Source: Candidatus Nealsonbacteria bacterium
GTDB lineage: Bacteria; Patescibacteriota; Minisyncoccia; Minisyncoccales; JAGMDC01
DNA: 64,000 nucleotides
NCBI GenBank assembly: GCA_030612885.1
Contig: JAUWMZ010000004.1
Location: 17,631 to 81,630, forward strand
Reading direction: 5' to 3'
Shown: positions 26,343-35,786 of the stretch, piece by piece
How the letters are laid out: each line of letters begins with the position of its first letter
Numbering within the stretch: position 1 is the first letter of the stretch
Made by a program: the position numbers and the translations under genes
The notes under the pieces: generated by a model
Databases searched by the model: none
Seen by the model: the letters and a program-made list of their open reading frames with translations, nothing else
Told to the model about the DNA's origin: nothing

Positions 26343-27384
26343 AAAAAGGGGAGTGAATAAAAAGTTTGACCTAACAAATCCAGGACAGCGAATGGAGTAT
26401 TTTCAATTGAAAGCCGGCAAAGAAATAGAAAAAATCAGGCAATACTTAAAAAACAAAACTTTTATTGCTTATTTTTTGGGAAAGAAAAATTCTGGCAAGG
26501 GAACTTATGCTAAAATGTTTGCTGAAGTGGTATGGCCGGAAAAGATATTTCATTTTTCCATAGGAGATATGATAAGAAGAATAGACGGGGAGTTAAAAGA
26601 TGAAGAGAAAAAAAAGCAATTGATTGGTTTTCTGGAAAAAAACTATCGCGGTTGGCTTTCAATTGATAAAATAATTTCTATATTAAAATCAAGAAATACA
26701 AAAGAATTACTGCCAACAGAACTGATTTTAACCTTGATCAAAAGAGAGATAGCTAAGCAAAAAGGAAAAGCTATCTTTATTGACGGCTTTCCTAGAGAAT
26801 TGGACCAAATAGCTTTTTCTTTATTTTTTCGGGATTTAGTTGATTACAGGCAGGACCCGGATATTTTTGTTTTAATTGATGTGCCGGAAAAAGTCATTGA
26901 TGAGAGAATAAAATGGAGAAGGGTTTGTCCGATTTGCCAAACATCAAGAAATTTAAAACTACTGCCTACTTCAAAAATCGGTTACAACAAGGATAAAAAA
27001 GAATTTTTTCTCGTTTGTGATAATCCAAAATGTAAAGGGGCTAAAATGCTTCAGAAAGAGGGAGACGCATTAGGCATAGGACCGATAAAGGAACGTTTAA
27101 ATTTAGATGAGACATTGATTAAAAAGGCATTTTCTTTATATGGCGTTCCTAAAATTTTATTAAGAAATTCCGTTCCAGTGAACAAAGCCAAAGAATTTAT
27201 TGATGACTATGAGGCTACTCCGGAATATAGTTATCAATGGAATGAGAAAAAGAAAAAAGTAAAAATAATTGAAAAGCCATGGGTTGCTCAAGATGAAAAC
27301 AATGTTTCTTCTTACAGCTTGATGCCTCCGCCAGTAGTTTTGTCTTTTATCTCTCAAATAGTTGACGCTTTAAATCTTCGCTGA
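26317..27384 (+). CDS. atypical long adenylate-kinase-family (NMP kinase) paralog
   Basis: P-loop GKKNSGKGTYAKMF, IDGFPRELDQ, Zn-lid-like RRVCPICQ...CDNPKCKG; start placed at ATG 26317. Confidence 0.6.
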   Translation: MTFPIFKTKKRGVNKKFDLTNPGQRMEYFQLKAGKEIEKIRQYLKNKTFIAYFLGKKNSGKGTYAKMFAEVVWPEKIFHFSIGDMIRRIDGELKDEEKKKQLIGFLEKNYRGWLSIDKIISILKSRNTKELLPTELILTLIKREIAKQKGKAIFIDGFPRELDQIAFSLFFRDLVDYRQDPDIFVLIDVPEKVIDERIKWRRVCPICQTSRNLKLLPTSKIGYNKDKKEFFLVCDNPKCKGAKMLQKEGDALGIGPIKERLNLDETLIKKAFSLYGVPKILLRNSVPVNKAKEFIDDYEATPEYSYQWNEKKKKVKIIEKPWVAQDENNVSSYSLMPPPVVLSFISQIVDALNLR

Positions 27385-27392
27385 CGCAGGGG

Positions 27393-27420
27393 TTGACAGA
27401 GTATTTAGAAGATATATAAT
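27393..27420 (+). promoter_or_regulatory. strong sigma70-like promoter (TTGACA-16-TATAAT) with no ORF behind it
   Basis: TTGACA 27393-27398, TATAAT 27415-27420, immediately after the stop codon of the previous gene. Confidence 0.55.
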
Positions 27421-27426
27421 AAAAGT

Positions 27427-27656
27427 GGAAGGGGGATAGAAATTTGGCGGTGCTTCATTAGAAGTTATGTAAGATAATTTTTAACGGAGCCCTGCTAATT
27501 TCTTAAGATTCTGGAACAAAAGTTTTTTCTGGGAGCTATATTTGTATAACCCGTGGGTCATACAAGAAGCACCCACTTGGATAGTTTTTCAGAAATTCTT
27601 TAGAAACGGCAGGGTCTTGAATTTGTTCGCTTTATTATTTAGGCGGATTTTTTTTA
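27427..27656 (+). ncRNA. candidate structured RNA (independent sRNA or long regulatory leader), class unknown
   Basis: No ORF. Long-range pairs ggtgcttc(27449-56)/gaagcacc(27566-73) and ccctgc(27490-95)/gcaggg(27609-14); competing hairpin gtgggt/acccac (27553-58/27571-76); ends in a T8 run. Confidence 0.35.
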
Positions 27657-27708
27657 CAAAAAAATTGAAAAAATAAAAAAATAGAGTTAAACTATAACAA
27701 GCTAAGGC

Positions 27709-27739
27709 TTGATATATCGAATCTTTGATTCGCTATAAT
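27709..27739 (+). promoter_or_regulatory. putative promoter of the ABC/GTPase/FTR operon (TTGATA-19-TATAAT)
   Basis: cttgatatatcgaa...tataatt, 11 nt before ATG 27751; same architecture as 8124-8154. Confidence 0.4.
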
Positions 27740-27750
27740 TAATAAAGATT

Positions 27751-28554
27751 ATGGATGAAGAAATTAAAAAAATTACAATTTTGCCTGGAATAAATAAATT
27801 CGGTAAAAAAGAAAATTTTGAAAAGATTGAAATAAAAAAAGGGCAGGTAATAGCTATTGTTGGCAATACTGGAGCAGGTAAAACACAGCTTCTCTATGAT
27901 ATTGAAAGATTGGCCCAAAAAGATACCAGAAGCAGACGAAAGTTTTTAGTCAATGATAAAATCCCTGATAAAGAAATGAGATTTAATCCGGAGAGAAAGC
28001 TGATCGCTTCGTTGGCTCAAAGCATGAATTTTTTAATGGATATATCTGTCAGGGATTTTCTAAAGCTGCATTTAGAATCTCGCGGAAAAAAAGCAAGACA
28101 AGGGTTGCTTAAAGAAGTAATAAAAGAAGCTAATGAAATTACCGGTGAGGCGATTTCTCCTGAAATGAATTTGCTAAATTTATCTGGAGGACAGAGCAGA
28201 GCATTAATGGTTTCTGATGTGGCAAATATCAGCGTTTCTCCTATTATTTTAATCGATGAAATAGAAAATGCCGGCATCAGAAAAGAAAAGGCGATTGAGA
28301 TTTTAGTAGAAGAGGGCAAAATTGTTTTAATTGTAACTCACGATCCCTCTCTAGCCCTAAACGCTGATAAAAGAATTATTATCAAGAATGGTGGTATTGT
28401 TAAAATTTTGGACACTACTTTAAAAGAAAAGGGTATTGCTTATTATCTTAATTGGATAGAAAATTACAATTTGGAAATTAGAGAAAAAATAAGGCAGGGA
28501 AGAGAAATTAAAAATGTAGAAATATACTGTGAACCGATTAAATTAAAGAAATAA
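27751..28554 (+). CDS. orphan ABC-type ATPase (no permease partner in the operon)
   Basis: Walker A GNTGAGKT, signature LSGGQSRAL, Walker B ILIDEIENAG, H-loop VTHD. Confidence 0.8.
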   Translation: MDEEIKKITILPGINKFGKKENFEKIEIKKGQVIAIVGNTGAGKTQLLYDIERLAQKDTRSRRKFLVNDKIPDKEMRFNPERKLIASLAQSMNFLMDISVRDFLKLHLESRGKKARQGLLKEVIKEANEITGEAISPEMNLLNLSGGQSRALMVSDVANISVSPIILIDEIENAGIRKEKAIEILVEEGKIVLIVTHDPSLALNADKRIIIKNGGIVKILDTTLKEKGIAYYLNWIENYNLEIREKIRQGREIKNVEIYCEPIKLKK

Positions 28555-28559
28555 AACTC

Positions 28560-29372
28560 ATGAAATTTGTAATTTTTGCCGGAACTCCCGGCTCAGGCAA
28601 GACCAGCATCATTAAATATATAGTTCAAGAATTAAAGGAGAATTTTAAATTATTCTTTGCTAAATTTGACTGTCTGCAAACATCAGATGACGAACGTATT
28701 AAGCAAGAATATAAAATTCCAACTGTTAAAAAATTGGCTGGAGAGCTTTGCCCCGACCATTACACGGCCTTAGAGATCCCTAAAATCGTCAAAGAAAACC
28801 AAGATAAAGATGTTATTATTTTAGAAACTGCCGGCTTATGTCTCCGTTGTTCCCCTTATATTAAGGAGGGTTTAGGAATTAATGTTTTGGATATTACTTC
28901 AGGAGACCCTTCTCGTTATGGTCCGATTTTAACACAAGCAGATGTTGTGGCTGTCAGCAAAGGCGATTTGATTTCTCAAGCAGAAAGAGAAATTTTTAGA
29001 GCGAAGATTTTAAAAGTTAACCCTAAAGCAAAAATAGTAGAAGTTAACGGACTTACTGGAGAAGGCGCTATTGATGTTGCAGAATTCATAAAGTTGTCTT
29101 CTCATATTGAAAATAAAAAACTTCGCCTCAAACATTCTATGCCTTCGGCAGTTTGCGGTTACTGCTATGGAAATAAAATAATTGATGAAAAAGAAGTGCA
29201 TCAAAGGTATTTGGCGGGAAAAGAATTGAAAAAACTAATTCCTAACTTAAATTGCGGAAAATGCGGGTTTAAATCTTGTAACGAGTTTATCAGAGCGGTT
29301 TTAGATAAGAAAGTAAAAAAAGAACAATGTCCATTTATTAAACAAAAGGTTGTAACTATTAAGAAACTATGA
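28560..29372 (+). CDS. G3E-family (HypB/UreG/CooC-like) P-loop GTPase fused to a C-terminal RnfB-type Fe-S domain
   Basis: [20 protein letters not shown] (cf. HypB ENVGNLVCP), SKGD; C-terminal [12 protein letters not shown]...CPF cysteine cluster. Confidence 0.65.
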   Translation: MKFVIFAGTPGSGKTSIIKYIVQELKENFKLFFAKFDCLQTSDDERIKQEYKIPTVKKLAGELCPDHYTALEIPKIVKENQDKDVIILETAGLCLRCSPYIKEGLGINVLDITSGDPSRYGPILTQADVVAVSKGDLISQAEREIFRAKILKVNPKAKIVEVNGLTGEGAIDVAEFIKLSSHIENKKLRLKHSMPSAVCGYCYGNKIIDEKEVHQRYLAGKELKKLIPNLNCGKCGFKSCNEFIRAVLDKKVKKEQCPFIKQKVVTIKKL

Positions 29373-29881
29373 CAGAAGAAAAACAAGAATTTGAGAAACT
29401 ATTCAAAGAATATCAAGACTACGCCAAAAAGAATGGCATTTGTTTGAATCCGGATAGAAAAATAACAGAGAGTTTGATCAAGGGTTTGATAGAGCGAGAG
29501 AGGAAGTATGGCGAAAGATATTGTCCTTGCCGCCGAGTTACAGGGAATAGAAAAAAAGACAAAAAAATTATCTGTCCTTGTGTTTATTATAAAAAAGAAA
29601 TTGAAGAACAAGGATATTGCCATTGTTTTTTATTTGTAAGTCCTACACCAGAGGCATTAGCTCATAAGGCAGAGAAAGATAATTTCAAAAATATGAATAG
29701 ATTTGAAGTAAATAAATCAAAATGCGCTGGTTGCGGCGCTTGTATCAAAATTTGTCCTTTTGGGGCAATTAAAATTGGAGAGGACGGAAAAGCGATTATA
29801 GACAAAAACAAATGTCAGGGTTGCGGTAAATGTAAAGAAATTTGTCCTTTTAATGCTGTAGAAACAGAGAAAGATAAATAA
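29369..29881 (+). CDS. ferredoxin-thioredoxin-reductase catalytic-domain / 2x[4Fe-4S] ferredoxin fusion
   Basis: [10 protein letters not shown]-x14-CPCVYY-x10-CHCFLF (complete FTR beta motif) followed by [12 protein letters not shown] and [12 protein letters not shown]. Confidence 0.8.
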   Translation: MTEEKQEFEKLFKEYQDYAKKNGICLNPDRKITESLIKGLIERERKYGERYCPCRRVTGNRKKDKKIICPCVYYKKEIEEQGYCHCFLFVSPTPEALAHKAEKDNFKNMNRFEVNKSKCAGCGACIKICPFGAIKIGEDGKAIIDKNKCQGCGKCKEICPFNAVETEKDK

Positions 29882-29893
29882 ATTTCAAATTCG

Positions 29894-29920
29894 AAAACCG
29901 CTGATTAATCAGCGGTTTTT
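29894..29920. terminator. intrinsic terminator (bidirectional)
   Basis: aaaaccgctgat-ta-atcagcggttttt perfect palindrome with flanking A/T runs. Confidence 0.8.
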
Positions 29921-29924
29921 AATG

Positions 29925-30002
29925 TGGTCGGGGCACTGGGATTTGAACCCAGAAATCACACGCACCCCATGCGTGTATGTTATCCAATTACACTATGCCC
30001 CG
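29925..30002 (-). tRNA. tRNA-Pro (anticodon GGG), CCA encoded
   Basis: Reverse complement CGGGGCATAGTGTAATTGGATAACATACACGCATGGGGTGCGTG...CTGGGTTCAAATCCCAGTGCCCCGACCA; anticodon loop ATGGGGT. Confidence 0.85.
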
Positions 30003-30013
30003 AGATAGTTTAA

Positions 30014-30235
30014 TCACTTTAATTTAGAAAGTGTCTTTATACACTTAGCGCAGGCCAAGATTCTTTTGCCGGCAAATTTGCGGAAAGCTTTTTTTTCTAC
30101 ATCAATAGGAACTTTGACCCATTGGAGATTGGGGTATTTTCTTTTTTTGGGAGTAGGATTATACTTGCCCCTAAGTTTATTCAACTTCCGAGCCATTAAT
30201 CCTGTTTTTTGACAAATCGTACATTGTTTAGCCAT
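30014..30235 (-). CDS. rpmB: 50S ribosomal protein L28
   Basis: 73-aa basic ORF MAKQCTICQKTG...NPTPKKRKYPNLQWVKV... L28-like N-terminal pattern with extra Cys pair. Confidence 0.75.
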   Translation of the reverse strand: MAKQCTICQKTGLMARKLNKLRGKYNPTPKKRKYPNLQWVKVPIDVEKKAFRKFAGKRILACAKCIKTLSKLK

Positions 30236-30362
30236 AGTAATTCTATCTTAATATCTTTTTATAGATTTGGCAAGAGTTATTTTATTTGCTACACTATAAC
30301 TACTACACTATAACTATATAATAATTTTTCACTTTTCACTTTTAATTTAAACGATAGCGAAT

Positions 30363-31004
30363 ATGGACCCTTTAACTTTAATTTTAATCATTATCATATT
30401 TCTTTTTTCTGTTGTTATCCATGAAGTGGCTCACGGAACAATGGCAAATATCTTAGGAGATCCAACTGCCAAATATGCTGGGCGGCTTACTTTAAATCCT
30501 TTGAAGCATTTGGATCTTTTTGGCTCTATTATCGTGCCCGGTATTCTTATTTTAACCAGTATGGCCGTAGGGGGAGGTATTATTTTCGGTTGGGCAAAGC
30601 CAGTTCCTATTAATCCCTATAATTTCCGAGACCAAAAATATGGTTCAGCTAAAACAGCCCTTGCCGGTCCGGCAGCTAATATTCTCCTGGCTTTAGTTTT
30701 CGGGCTGTTAATAAGATTTTTGCCTTTTGGAACAGGTTTATTCTCCCAAAATTTGATTTTTGTTTTTGGTTTTATTGTCTGGGTAAATTTACTTTTGGCA
30801 GTATTTAATCTTTTACCAATTCCACCCTTAGACGGTTCTCATATTCTTTTTGCTTTTTTACCCCAGAGTATGGAGAAGCTAAAAATCATTTTGGCCCAGT
30901 ATGGTTTATTTATTTTACTTTTTGTTATTTTCTTTTTACTTCATTGGATTATACCAGCAATTAACTATTTATTTTATTTAATCGTCGGCGTTCCATTTTT
31001 TTAA
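30363..31004 (+). CDS. site-2 protease-family (M50) membrane metalloprotease
   Basis: HEVAHG and NLLPIPPLDG motifs in a polytopic membrane protein. Confidence 0.85.
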   Translation: MDPLTLILIIIIFLFSVVIHEVAHGTMANILGDPTAKYAGRLTLNPLKHLDLFGSIIVPGILILTSMAVGGGIIFGWAKPVPINPYNFRDQKYGSAKTALAGPAANILLALVFGLLIRFLPFGTGLFSQNLIFVFGFIVWVNLLLAVFNLLPIPPLDGSHILFAFLPQSMEKLKIILAQYGLFILLFVIFFLLHWIIPAINYLFYLIVGVPFF

Positions 31005-31040
31005 TCTAAGCTAGAGGTTAAAGATAGTATAGAAAATCTG

Positions 31041-31078
31041 TTGCAACAAATAGATACGATCGTACTAGTTTGTTGCAA
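31041..31078. other. 38-nt hairpin with CGATCG-centred palindrome
   Basis: ttgcaacaaa-tagatacgatcgtactag-tttgttgcaa; the central tacgatcgta resembles the core of the 3754-3783 palindrome. Confidence 0.6.
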
Positions 31079-31127
31079 ATCTTATTTTGTATTATAGTAT
31101 ATATACGTTTTATTAGTATTTATTACT

Positions 31128-31751
31128 ATGAAAAAAAATAAACATTCTAAATATTTGTTCCAAAGAAAAAAAGCAAGTTTTGCCCAAAGACTTTTTAGAG
31201 ATGGATTAAATGTATCAGGTTACATATTACTTACCATTAAAGATTTTAAAGAGGATTTTTATAAAGTATTTTTGGCAGAACTTCCAGATAGTTATCCGGG
31301 ATTTAAATTAATGAAAGTAATGTTTGGGTATAATTCTAAAAAAAAGTTTGAAAAAAAGATTATTAATGCGAATATTTCTCGGCTTAAAAAACAAGGGCTT
31401 ATAACAGAAGATAAAGATAGAGAATTTCGGCTTACTATTAAAGGAGAAGAAATGGTTACTTACATCAAAGACAGACACTCTATTTTAGAAAAACCCTGGG
31501 ATAAAAAAATCAGGGTAGTAGTATTTGATATTCCGGAAAAAGAAAAACGTTTGAGACAATGGCTTCGCGCAGAATTAGGATTATTAGCATTTAAACCACT
31601 TCAAAAAAGTGTTTATATTGGTAAATATCCAATTCCTGAGGATCTTTATCAGGACTTAATTAAAAATGATATTTTCAATAATGTCCATATTTTTACTGTA
31701 AACAAAGCTGACAAACAAAAAAAATTAATTCAATTATTAGAAAAAGGATAA
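31128..31751 (+). CDS. PaaX-like regulator (winged helix + Cas2-fold-like C-terminal domain)
   Basis: ISRLKKQGLI...RLTIKGEEMV (wHTH) and WDKKIRVVVFDIPEKEKRLRQWLRAELGLLAFKPLQKSVYI (PaaX/Cas2-like ferredoxin fold). Confidence 0.55.
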   Translation: MKKNKHSKYLFQRKKASFAQRLFRDGLNVSGYILLTIKDFKEDFYKVFLAELPDSYPGFKLMKVMFGYNSKKKFEKKIINANISRLKKQGLITEDKDREFRLTIKGEEMVTYIKDRHSILEKPWDKKIRVVVFDIPEKEKRLRQWLRAELGLLAFKPLQKSVYIGKYPIPEDLYQDLIKNDIFNNVHIFTVNKADKQKKLIQLLEKG

Positions 31752-31888
31752 TTTTCCAAACTTATTAGTGGTAGACATGGAAGTTTTTCCAGTAAACATT
31801 GTCAAAAAAGGAAGTATTGAAGAGTGTCTCCAATTTCTGAAGGACAATAGACAAACTCCGGAGATATAATATGGGTATTCTTCGCAAT

Positions 31889-31920
31889 GGGGGTGTTTCG
31901 TTTTTCACCCTTTATTTTTT
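31889..31920 (+). terminator. intrinsic terminator
   Basis: gggggtg-tttcgttttt-caccc followed by tttatttttttt. Confidence 0.6.
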
Positions 31921-31949
31921 TTGACTTTTATTTCAAGATTTGATATGCT
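31921..31949 (+). promoter_or_regulatory. putative promoter of the str operon (TTGACT-17-TATGCT)
   Basis: TTGACT 31921-31926, TATGCT 31944-31949, upstream of rpsL. Confidence 0.4.
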
Positions 31950-32006
31950 TTAATATAAGCACAGAATGCTTTATTAATTTTGAATTTTGATTTTTGAATT
32001 TTTATC

Positions 32007-32435
32007 ATGCCTACAATCCATCAACTAATTAAAAAGAAGAGAAAAACGACTAAAAAAGCCAATAAAAGGCCTGCTTTGAGTTTTGGTTTTAATGTTTTAA
32101 AGAATAGGCCTAAGAAATATTTCTCTCCTTTTAAAAGAGGAGTTTGTCTTAAGGTCTTTACCGTCACTCCCAGGAAGCCGAATTCTGCTTTAAGGAAAGT
32201 AGCCAGAGTCCGGCTAAGTAATGGATCGGAAGTTACGGCATATATTCCTGGTGTTGGCCATAACCTGCAAGAGCATTCAGTTATTTTAATCAGAGGAGGA
32301 AGAGTTAAGGATTTACCGGGAGTAAGATATCATGTGGTTCGCGGTGTTCTTGACACTGGCGGAGTAGAAGAAAGAAAACAAGGAAGGAGCAAATATGGAA
32401 CGAAGAAAAAGAAAGCTTCAGCCCCAAAAGCTTAA
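32007..32435 (+). CDS. rpsL: 30S ribosomal protein S12
   Basis: [10 protein letters not shown]..., [44 protein letters not shown]. Confidence 0.97.
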   Translation: MPTIHQLIKKKRKTTKKANKRPALSFGFNVLKNRPKKYFSPFKRGVCLKVFTVTPRKPNSALRKVARVRLSNGSEVTAYIPGVGHNLQEHSVILIRGGRVKDLPGVRYHVVRGVLDTGGVEERKQGRSKYGTKKKKASAPKA

Positions 32436-32442
32436 ATAAATT

Positions 32443-32904
32443 ATGCGTAAAAAAGTAAAAAAAAGAGAAATTTTGCCTGATTCTGTTTATGATAATATTA
32501 TGGTTTCCCAGTTTATTAATCAGGTAATGCGTAGAGGTAAAAAAACAACTGCCAGAAAGATTATTTATGGCACTTTTGATATTATTAAAGAAAAAACAAA
32601 GAAAGAACCTTTAGATGTTTTTGATTTAGCTATCCAAAATGCTTCTCCTTTACTTGAAGTAAAATCAAAAAGAATTGGAGGAGCTGTTTATCAAGTTCCC
32701 AGAGAGGTAAAAGGAGAAAGAAAAATAAGCTTGGCTATGCGCTGGATTATTTCTGCTGCCAAATCAAAAAAAGGAAAATCAATGAAAGAGAAGTTAGCTG
32801 AAGAATTAATTGCGGCCTCCAAAAACGAGGGGACAACTATCAAAAAGAAGAACGACACTCATCGTATGGCAGAGGCGAACCGCGCTTTTGCTCACTTTGC
32901 CTAA
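32443..32904 (+). CDS. rpsG: 30S ribosomal protein S7
   Basis: ILPDSVYDN..., [24 protein letters not shown]. Confidence 0.97.
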   Translation: MRKKVKKREILPDSVYDNIMVSQFINQVMRRGKKTTARKIIYGTFDIIKEKTKKEPLDVFDLAIQNASPLLEVKSKRIGGAVYQVPREVKGERKISLAMRWIISAAKSKKGKSMKEKLAEELIAASKNEGTTIKKKNDTHRMAEANRAFAHFA

Positions 32905-32906
32905 GA

Positions 32907-32990
32907 ATCATTTTAACATTCAATCATTTTAACATATTAACATAATTCAAATTCAGAATGTTAACATGTTAATATGTTTACATGATGGAA
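32907..32990 (+). repeat. hairpin spacer, TTAACAT/ATGTTAA word family
   Basis: aacatattaacat (32931-43) pairs perfectly with atgttaatatgtt (32966-78); shares a 21-nt core aattcaaattcagaatgttaa with 35303-35323. Confidence 0.75.
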
Positions 32991-33132
32991 ACCTTGGATT
33001 TTATTTTCTCTTTTATATTAGTATTACTTTTAATATACCTTTTATTAGTATCGATTTGGTAAAAATTTGTTTTGTTATTTAATAAAAGGTTAATTCATTG
33101 GTAAATAAATAAAAAACTTTTAACTTAAACAT

Positions 33133-35238
33133 ATGAGACAGTATCCAATTGAGAGAACAAGAGACATCGGTATTATCGCCCACATTGACGCTGGTAAGAC
33201 AACCGTTTCAGAACGGGTGCTTTTTTATACTGGAATTTCCCACAAAATTGGCGAGGTTCATAAAGGAGAAGCAATTATGGATTGGATGGAACAAGAAAAA
33301 GAGAGGGGGATTACTATTACTTCAGCTGCCACAACTTGTTTCTGGTCGCCAGAAAAGTATACAACAAAAGAGAAAACCCAGGAATATAGGATTAATATTA
33401 TTGATACTCCTGGCCATATTGATTTTACAGCTGAAGTTCAGCGCTCCCTTAGAGTTTTAGATGGAGCCGTAGTGGTTTTTGACGGAGTAGCCGGAGTAGA
33501 ACCTCAGTCAGAGACAGTTTGGCGTCAGGCGGACAAATTTAAAGTTCCCAGAATTTGCTTTATAAACAAGTTAGATAGAATAGGAGCTGATTTTGAGAAA
33601 AGTTTTAATTCAATTGGCCAAAAACTTTCTCCCAATGCTATAGCTATGCAAATACCTATTGGTGCTGAAGATAAACTTGAAGGGGTAATTGATTTAATGA
33701 AAATGAAAGCCCTGAAGTTTGAAGGCGAGCTTGGTGAAAAAGTAGTAGAAGAAGAAATTCCTCAAGATTTGAAAAAAAAAGCAAAAGAATGGCGGAAAAA
33801 AATGGTAGAGAAAATTGCTAGCGAAGATGAAAAACTTTTAGAAAAATACTTGGCTGAAAAAGAAATTTCAGAGAAAGAATTAAGAGAAGTTTTAAGAAAG
33901 GCCTGTATAAATTATAGGCTTATTCCAGTATTTTGCGGTTCAGCTTTAAAAAACAAAGGCGTTCAGCCGCTTTTGGATGCTGTTATTTATTATCTTCCTT
34001 CTCCTGTTGAGCTTCCGCCAATAGTTGGTAAAAATCCTAGAACCAATGAGGAAATGGAGAGAAAATCTGACGACAACGAGCCATTTACCGCTTTAGCTTT
34101 TAAGGTTGCCGCTGATCCTTATGTAGGAACTTTAACTTATTTTAGAGTTTATTCAGGCCGTTTGAAAAAAGGTTCTTATGCTTTAAATACTACTACTGGA
34201 GAAAAGGAACGATTAGGCAGAATTTTAAGAATGCATGCTGCTGAGAGGGAAGAAGTAGATGAGCTTTTTGCCGGTGATATTGCTGCTACTGTCGGCCTTA
34301 AAAAAACTAGTACTGGCCATACCTTATGCGATGAGGATCACCCTATTGTTTTAGAGGAAATTACTTTTCCAGAACCAGTTATTTCTATTAGAATTGAACC
34401 GAAAACCAAAGCTGACCAAGAAAAAATGGGTTTAGCCATGAAAAAATTATCAGAGGAAGATCCTACTTTTAGAATAAAAAGTGATGAAGAAACCGGCGAA
34501 ACCATTATTTCTGGCATGGGCGAACTTCATCTTGATATACTTTGCGACCGGATGAAAAGAGAATTTAAAGTTGAAGCAAATATGGGCAGGCCCCAGGTTG
34601 CTTATAAAGAAACAATTAGAACAGAAGCAGAAGCAGAAGGCAAATATATCCGCCAGTCAGGCGGCCGGGGCCAGTATGGCCATGTCTGGCTTCGTATAGA
34701 ACCGAAAGAGAAAGGAGAGGGTTTTGAATTTATTAATGAGATTAAAGGAGGAGTTATTCCCCGTGAATTTATTCCGGCCGTAGAAAAAGGAGTAAAAGAA
34801 GCAAAAGAAAAAGGAGTAGTTGCCGGTTATCCAGTGATAGACGTTTCTATTACTCTTTATGACGGCTCTTTTCATGAGGTTGATTCTTCGGAAATAGCTT
34901 TTAAAATTGCTGCTTCTATTGCTTTTCAAGCAGTAACCAAGAGAGCAAAGCCAGTACTCCTTGAGCCAATTATGAAATTAGAAGTAGTTATTCCTGAAGA
35001 TTTCTTGGGAGACGTAATTGGGGATTTAAGTTCCAGAAGAGGAAAAATAGAAGAAACCCAGGAGCGATTAAATATGAAAGTAATTGATGCCAAAATTCCT
35101 TTGGCAGAAATGTTTGGTTATGCTACTTCTCTCCGTTCTTTAACAGAAGGGAGAGGAACATTTACTATGGAATTTGACCATTACGAACCAGTGCCGGAAA
35201 ATATTAGTCAAGAAATTATAGAAGGCAAAAGAAAATAA
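33133..35238 (+). CDS. fusA: elongation factor G
   Basis: [35 protein letters not shown]. Confidence 0.97.
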   Translation: MRQYPIERTRDIGIIAHIDAGKTTVSERVLFYTGISHKIGEVHKGEAIMDWMEQEKERGITITSAATTCFWSPEKYTTKEKTQEYRINIIDTPGHIDFTAEVQRSLRVLDGAVVVFDGVAGVEPQSETVWRQADKFKVPRICFINKLDRIGADFEKSFNSIGQKLSPNAIAMQIPIGAEDKLEGVIDLMKMKALKFEGELGEKVVEEEIPQDLKKKAKEWRKKMVEKIASEDEKLLEKYLAEKEISEKELREVLRKACINYRLIPVFCGSALKNKGVQPLLDAVIYYLPSPVELPPIVGKNPRTNEEMERKSDDNEPFTALAFKVAADPYVGTLTYFRVYSGRLKKGSYALNTTTGEKERLGRILRMHAAEREEVDELFAGDIAATVGLKKTSTGHTLCDEDHPIVLEEITFPEPVISIRIEPKTKADQEKMGLAMKKLSEEDPTFRIKSDEETGETIISGMGELHLDILCDRMKREFKVEANMGRPQVAYKETIRTEAEAEGKYIRQSGGRGQYGHVWLRIEPKEKGEGFEFINEIKGGVIPREFIPAVEKGVKEAKEKGVVAGYPVIDVSITLYDGSFHEVDSSEIAFKIAASIAFQAVTKRAKPVLLEPIMKLEVVIPEDFLGDVIGDLSSRRGKIEETQERLNMKVIDAKIPLAEMFGYATSLRSLTEGRGTFTMEFDHYEPVPENISQEIIEGKRK

Positions 35239-35273
35239 TTTGATTTTTGTGGAGGAGTTTGCTAAAGTAAATA

Positions 35274-35350
35274 ATCATATTAACATACTAACATATTAAC
35301 AAAATTCAAATTCAGAATGTTAAAACGTTTGAATGTTAAAATGTTGAAAT
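35274..35350 (+). repeat. hairpin spacer, TTAACAT/ATGTTAA word family
   Basis: catattaacatactaacatattaac...gaatgttaaaacgtttgaatgttaaaatgttg. Confidence 0.75.
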
Positions 35351-35351
35351 A

Positions 35352-35642
35352 ATGACCTTAGATGAAATCAAAAATTTAATAGCATTAGATGGGGGAAAGT
35401 TTATTATTGTGGAAAATGGACAACCAGTGCTAATGATAATGAGCTTTAATGATTATAAAGAGATAATATGGAATTCTGAAAAAATTTCTTCCCAGCAATC
35501 AGATTCTAATTCTGAAAAAGAAATCCCAAAAGCTCAAGAAGTTCAAGGATTTAATTCAGAGAGCGATAACGAATATGCAGAGGTAAATGAGAGAACTCCC
35601 CAATCAGAAGAATCGTTAAAGATTGAGGATTTGCCGGTTTAG
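35352..35642 (+). CDS. orphan Phd/YefM-like antitoxin-domain protein with acidic tail
   Basis: GGKFIIVENGQPVLMIMSFNDYKEI resembles the Phd/YefM N-terminal domain; no toxin gene adjacent; inserted between fusA and tuf. Confidence 0.45.
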   Translation: MTLDEIKNLIALDGGKFIIVENGQPVLMIMSFNDYKEIIWNSEKISSQQSDSNSEKEIPKAQEVQGFNSESDNEYAEVNERTPQSEESLKIEDLPV

Positions 35643-35667
35643 AAACCCTTAATGAAAACCCTTGACC

Positions 35668-35695
35668 TTGACTTTTTTTTTGTTTTTAATAGAAT
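35668..35695 (+). promoter_or_regulatory. putative tuf promoter (TTGACT-16-TAGAAT)
   Basis: TTGACT 35668-35673, TAGAAT 35690-35695; places the following hairpin spacer in the tuf 5' UTR. Confidence 0.4.
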
Positions 35696-35699
35696 AAAT

Positions 35700-35786
35700 A
35701 ATATAATCTTATAACAACATACTAACGTATTAACATATTAACAAAAATTAGTGTTAAAATGTTAAAATGTTAAAATGTTAAAGTGA
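35700..35786 (+). repeat. hairpin spacer, TTAACAT/ATGTTAA word family
   Basis: caacatactaacgtattaacatattaac...gtgttaaaatgttaaaatgttaaaatgttaaag, ending 3 nt before the tuf ATG. Confidence 0.75.

Noticed and set aside
27421-27656. Assignment of the structured region to a known riboswitch class (cobalamin, TPP, SAM, FMN, fluoride, Moco, NiCo, T-box)
   Set aside because: I could not find the conserved core sequences of these classes by eye (for example B12 box, CUGAGA, T-box 14-mer). It is kept only as an unclassified candidate; a cmscan is needed.
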